A stretch of DNA of 19,035 nucleotides. It comes from Anaerohalosphaeraceae bacterium. GTDB taxonomy: Bacteria > Planctomycetota > Phycisphaerae > Sedimentisphaerales > Anaerohalosphaeraceae. Location of the stretch: contig JBNRMN010000005.1 in NCBI GenBank assembly GCA_050309605.1, positions 1 through 19,035 on the forward strand, read 5' to 3'. Under the pieces are notes generated by a model. The model saw nothing but the letters and a program-made list of their open reading frames with translations, was not told where the DNA came from and searched no databases. Both the position numbers and the translations under genes were made by a program. This document shows, one piece after another, positions 17,164 to 19,035 of this stretch; the first letter of the stretch is position 1, and every line of letters starts with the position of its first letter.

Positions 17164-18431
17164 ACGTAGCTCGTGTCAATCTATACGGCCAGCCCTTAGG
17201 CTCGGTACGTTGGGACCAAAGATATGAAGTCGCACAGTTCGAGTATGATCCGGACTTTGTACGACAGGGCATAGAGCCTTCGCCGCTGATGATGCCCGTA
17301 AGGGAAGGACGTGTGTACAGTTTCGGAGAACTTGACAAAACGACCTTCAAAGGCCTGCCCGGAATGCTGGCTGACTCCCTGCCGGATACATACGGACGTG
17401 CCCTCTTTGAGAAGTGGCTGGCCCTGACGGGCCGAACCAGCGGCAATGCGATCGAGACGCTTTGCTTTCTGGGCAAACGCTGCATGGGAGCCCTTGAATT
17501 CGAGCCGGCCATCGATGCCGTAGATACGGATATCCGGATAGAGGTCGATTCGCTGGTGGATGTAGCCAAAGAAGCCCTTGCCGACAAATCAAGTTTCAAC
17601 GTGAACATCGGCTCCGACAAGAAGGCTGCCATTGCGGAGATTCTGCGCCTCGGCACTTCTGCCGGCGGGCAACGGGCCAAGGCAATCATTGCCTACAACA
17701 AAACCACCGGAGAGATCCGTTCGGGACAGGTCGAGGCTCCCGATGGGTTCGACTACTACATCATCAAGCTGGACGGTGTATCCGCCACGGCCGGATTCAG
17801 GGAGACGGAGAACTTCGGGCGTCTGGAATACTCCTTCTCTCGTCTTGTGAAGGAATGCGGAATCGACATGGCGGAATGCTCGCTGATCGAAGAGAACGGG
17901 AGGGCTCATTTCCTGACAAAGCGGTTCGACCGGATAAACGGTGTAAAGGTGCACATGCAGACGCTTTGCGGCATCGCGCACTTCGATTATCGGCTCCACA
18001 GGGCCTACTCCTACGAACAGGCGTTCGCTGTGATGCGCGGTCTGCGGCTCACCTACAAGGATGCGCAGGAGATGTTCCGCAGGATGGTGTTCAATGTCGT
18101 CGTGCGCAACCAGGACGACCACACGAAGAACATCTCTTTCCTGATGGACAGAGGCGGGAAATGGCGCCTTTCTCCGGCCTACGACATGGGCTACGCCTAC
18201 AATCCCGACGGCCAGTGGACCTCGGCTCACCAGATGTCGATAAACGGCAAATTCAGCGGTATCACCAAAGACGACCTGCTCGAATGCGCGGCCAAGAACA
18301 ACATCAAGAATGCCGCACGGATTATCGACGAAGTTTGCCAGGCGGCATCCGGATGGCCGGAGATCGCCCGGGAATGCGAAGTGCCGCAAAAGATGATTGA
18401 AGAAATCCGGCCGAATATGGTTTTCTTCTGA
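17157..18431 (+). CDS. hipA: HipA-family Ser/Thr kinase toxin (424 aa)
   Basis: N-terminal coupled domain (AQFEYDP, LADSLPDTYG), SAGGQRAK P-loop, FLTKRFDR, NQDDHTKNISF catalytic loop, LSPAYDM. Confidence 0.93.
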   Translation: MVDVARVNLYGQPLGSVRWDQRYEVAQFEYDPDFVRQGIEPSPLMMPVREGRVYSFGELDKTTFKGLPGMLADSLPDTYGRALFEKWLALTGRTSGNAIETLCFLGKRCMGALEFEPAIDAVDTDIRIEVDSLVDVAKEALADKSSFNVNIGSDKKAAIAEILRLGTSAGGQRAKAIIAYNKTTGEIRSGQVEAPDGFDYYIIKLDGVSATAGFRETENFGRLEYSFSRLVKECGIDMAECSLIEENGRAHFLTKRFDRINGVKVHMQTLCGIAHFDYRLHRAYSYEQAFAVMRGLRLTYKDAQEMFRRMVFNVVVRNQDDHTKNISFLMDRGGKWRLSPAYDMGYAYNPDGQWTSAHQMSINGKFSGITKDDLLECAAKNNIKNAARIIDEVCQAASGWPEIARECEVPQKMIEEIRPNMVFF

Positions 18432-18455
18432 TTGGTCGATCCGAGGGGTTGCCGC

Positions 18456-18573
18456 AACTTTACTTTATCCCCGTATTCATATATACGTTCATTAAAGTAA
18501 AGTCAAAATGAGGGAAGAAAAGAGATGGCTGCGCCATGGCAAAATGGCTACAGCCGTTTTTCTTTTGGCTGCG
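18456..18573. repeat. Copy 2 of the structured direct repeat, with a perfect 11-bp inverted repeat ACTTTACTTTA/TAAAGTAAAGT
   Basis: Offset 1880 bp from copy 1. IR arms at 18457-18467 and 18493-18503; second stem GATGGCTG...CAGCCGTT. Confidence 0.9.
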
Positions 18574-18718
18574 AGACTTATTAAGCAACCCGAAGGCAAA
18601 GGCCAAACAAAACACCACTCCGGCCCACCCAAGATGACGACCGACAACCCCTAAAATTATCCGTGAATCCATACTCGATTTTACAGCCCATTTTGGCGAA
18701 ATAAACCCCGACATGCCC

Positions 18719-18726
18719 TATCTTTG
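18719..18726 (+). promoter_or_regulatory. Bacteroidota -7 element (TAtcTTTG)
   Basis: Matches TAnnTTTG. TTTG at 18692-18695 is a possible, slightly distant -33 element. Confidence 0.45.
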
Positions 18727-18744
18727 CAGACGGGGTCTGTCGGG

Positions 18745-18763
18745 GCCCGAAAGGGCTGTTTTT
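18745..18763 (+). terminator. Possible short intrinsic terminator/hairpin GCCC-GAAA-GGGC + TGTTTTT
   Basis: 4-bp GC stem with a GNRA tetraloop followed by a T-rich tract. The stem is short. Confidence 0.3.
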
Positions 18764-18997
18764 ACCTCTTTCCCCTCTGTTCGGAGAGAGTCGATGAAAA
18801 AAAACGTTAAATCTTAGATTTTTCGCAAAAAAACAAGTAAATTTTTGAGTAGTCTACCTTTTAAGTTGTAAACCATTGATAATCAATGAGAATATGATGA
18901 TGCATCGGAAAGTAACTAATAATAATATAATTCAATAAAAGTGTTTACTATTAATTGATTACCTCTTCACTATAAACTAATTATAATCATAAAAAAC

Positions 18998-19035
18998 ATG
19001 AAGAAAACGTTTTTTTTGCTGATTGCTGTGTTTTG
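18998..19035 (+). CDS. 5' end of a probable exported protein (signal peptide MKKTFFLLIAVF..., partial)
   Basis: ATG after an A-rich Bacteroidota-type leader (AAAAAAC). Basic then hydrophobic N-terminus; runs off the window. Confidence 0.55.
   Translation, partial: MKKTFFLLIAVF

Noticed and set aside
16790..18389. 299-aa and 266-aa minus-strand ORFs
   Set aside because: Antisense to the well-supported HTH and hipA genes, with non-protein-like composition.
16576..18573. CRISPR array interpretation of the repeats; HNH gene as Cas9/IscB
   Set aside because: There are only two copies, 1.9 kb apart, with no spacers. The HNH protein has no RuvC motifs and no cas genes are present.
7273..18669. 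TATCCGTGAATC repeated at 7278-7289 and 18658-18669 (16/17 with flanking As) as a possible att/target duplication
   Set aside because: A 12-bp match is expected several times by chance in 19 kb and no integrase is present. Worth revisiting only if an empty-site genome shows a junction here.
18460..18714. 84-aa minus-strand ORF (also 16214..16498 +)
   Set aside because: Overlaps the non-coding repeat or AT-rich intergenic DNA, with no motif support.

Overview
Bacteroidota-type (Alistipes/Bacteroides-like TAnnTTTG promoters, mosaic GC) anti-phage defence island. On the minus strand is a type I R-M operon, hsdM-hsdS-...-hsdR. An AT-rich, tightly spaced three-gene cassette sits between hsdS and hsdR: TIR (ThsB-like) - nucleoside-deoxyribosyltransferase-like/TPR (ASK1/DUF4071-like) - TIR (MTH538/ThsB-like). 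No ThsA-type effector is present, so this is the best candidate for an uncharacterised Thoeris-like signalling system. hsdR is cut short at 719 aa by what looks like the left end of an IS21-family element at the window edge. On the plus strand follow a flavin reductase, an SF1 helicase-nuclease gene broken by one in-frame TAG, and an McrBC pair. Converging on these are a putative HEPN protein, an HNH nuclease and a small SAM methyltransferase. A HipBA-like toxin-antitoxin module is bracketed by two diverged copies of a ~100-120 bp structured non-coding repeat. All family assignments are from motif recognition by eye; no searches were run.
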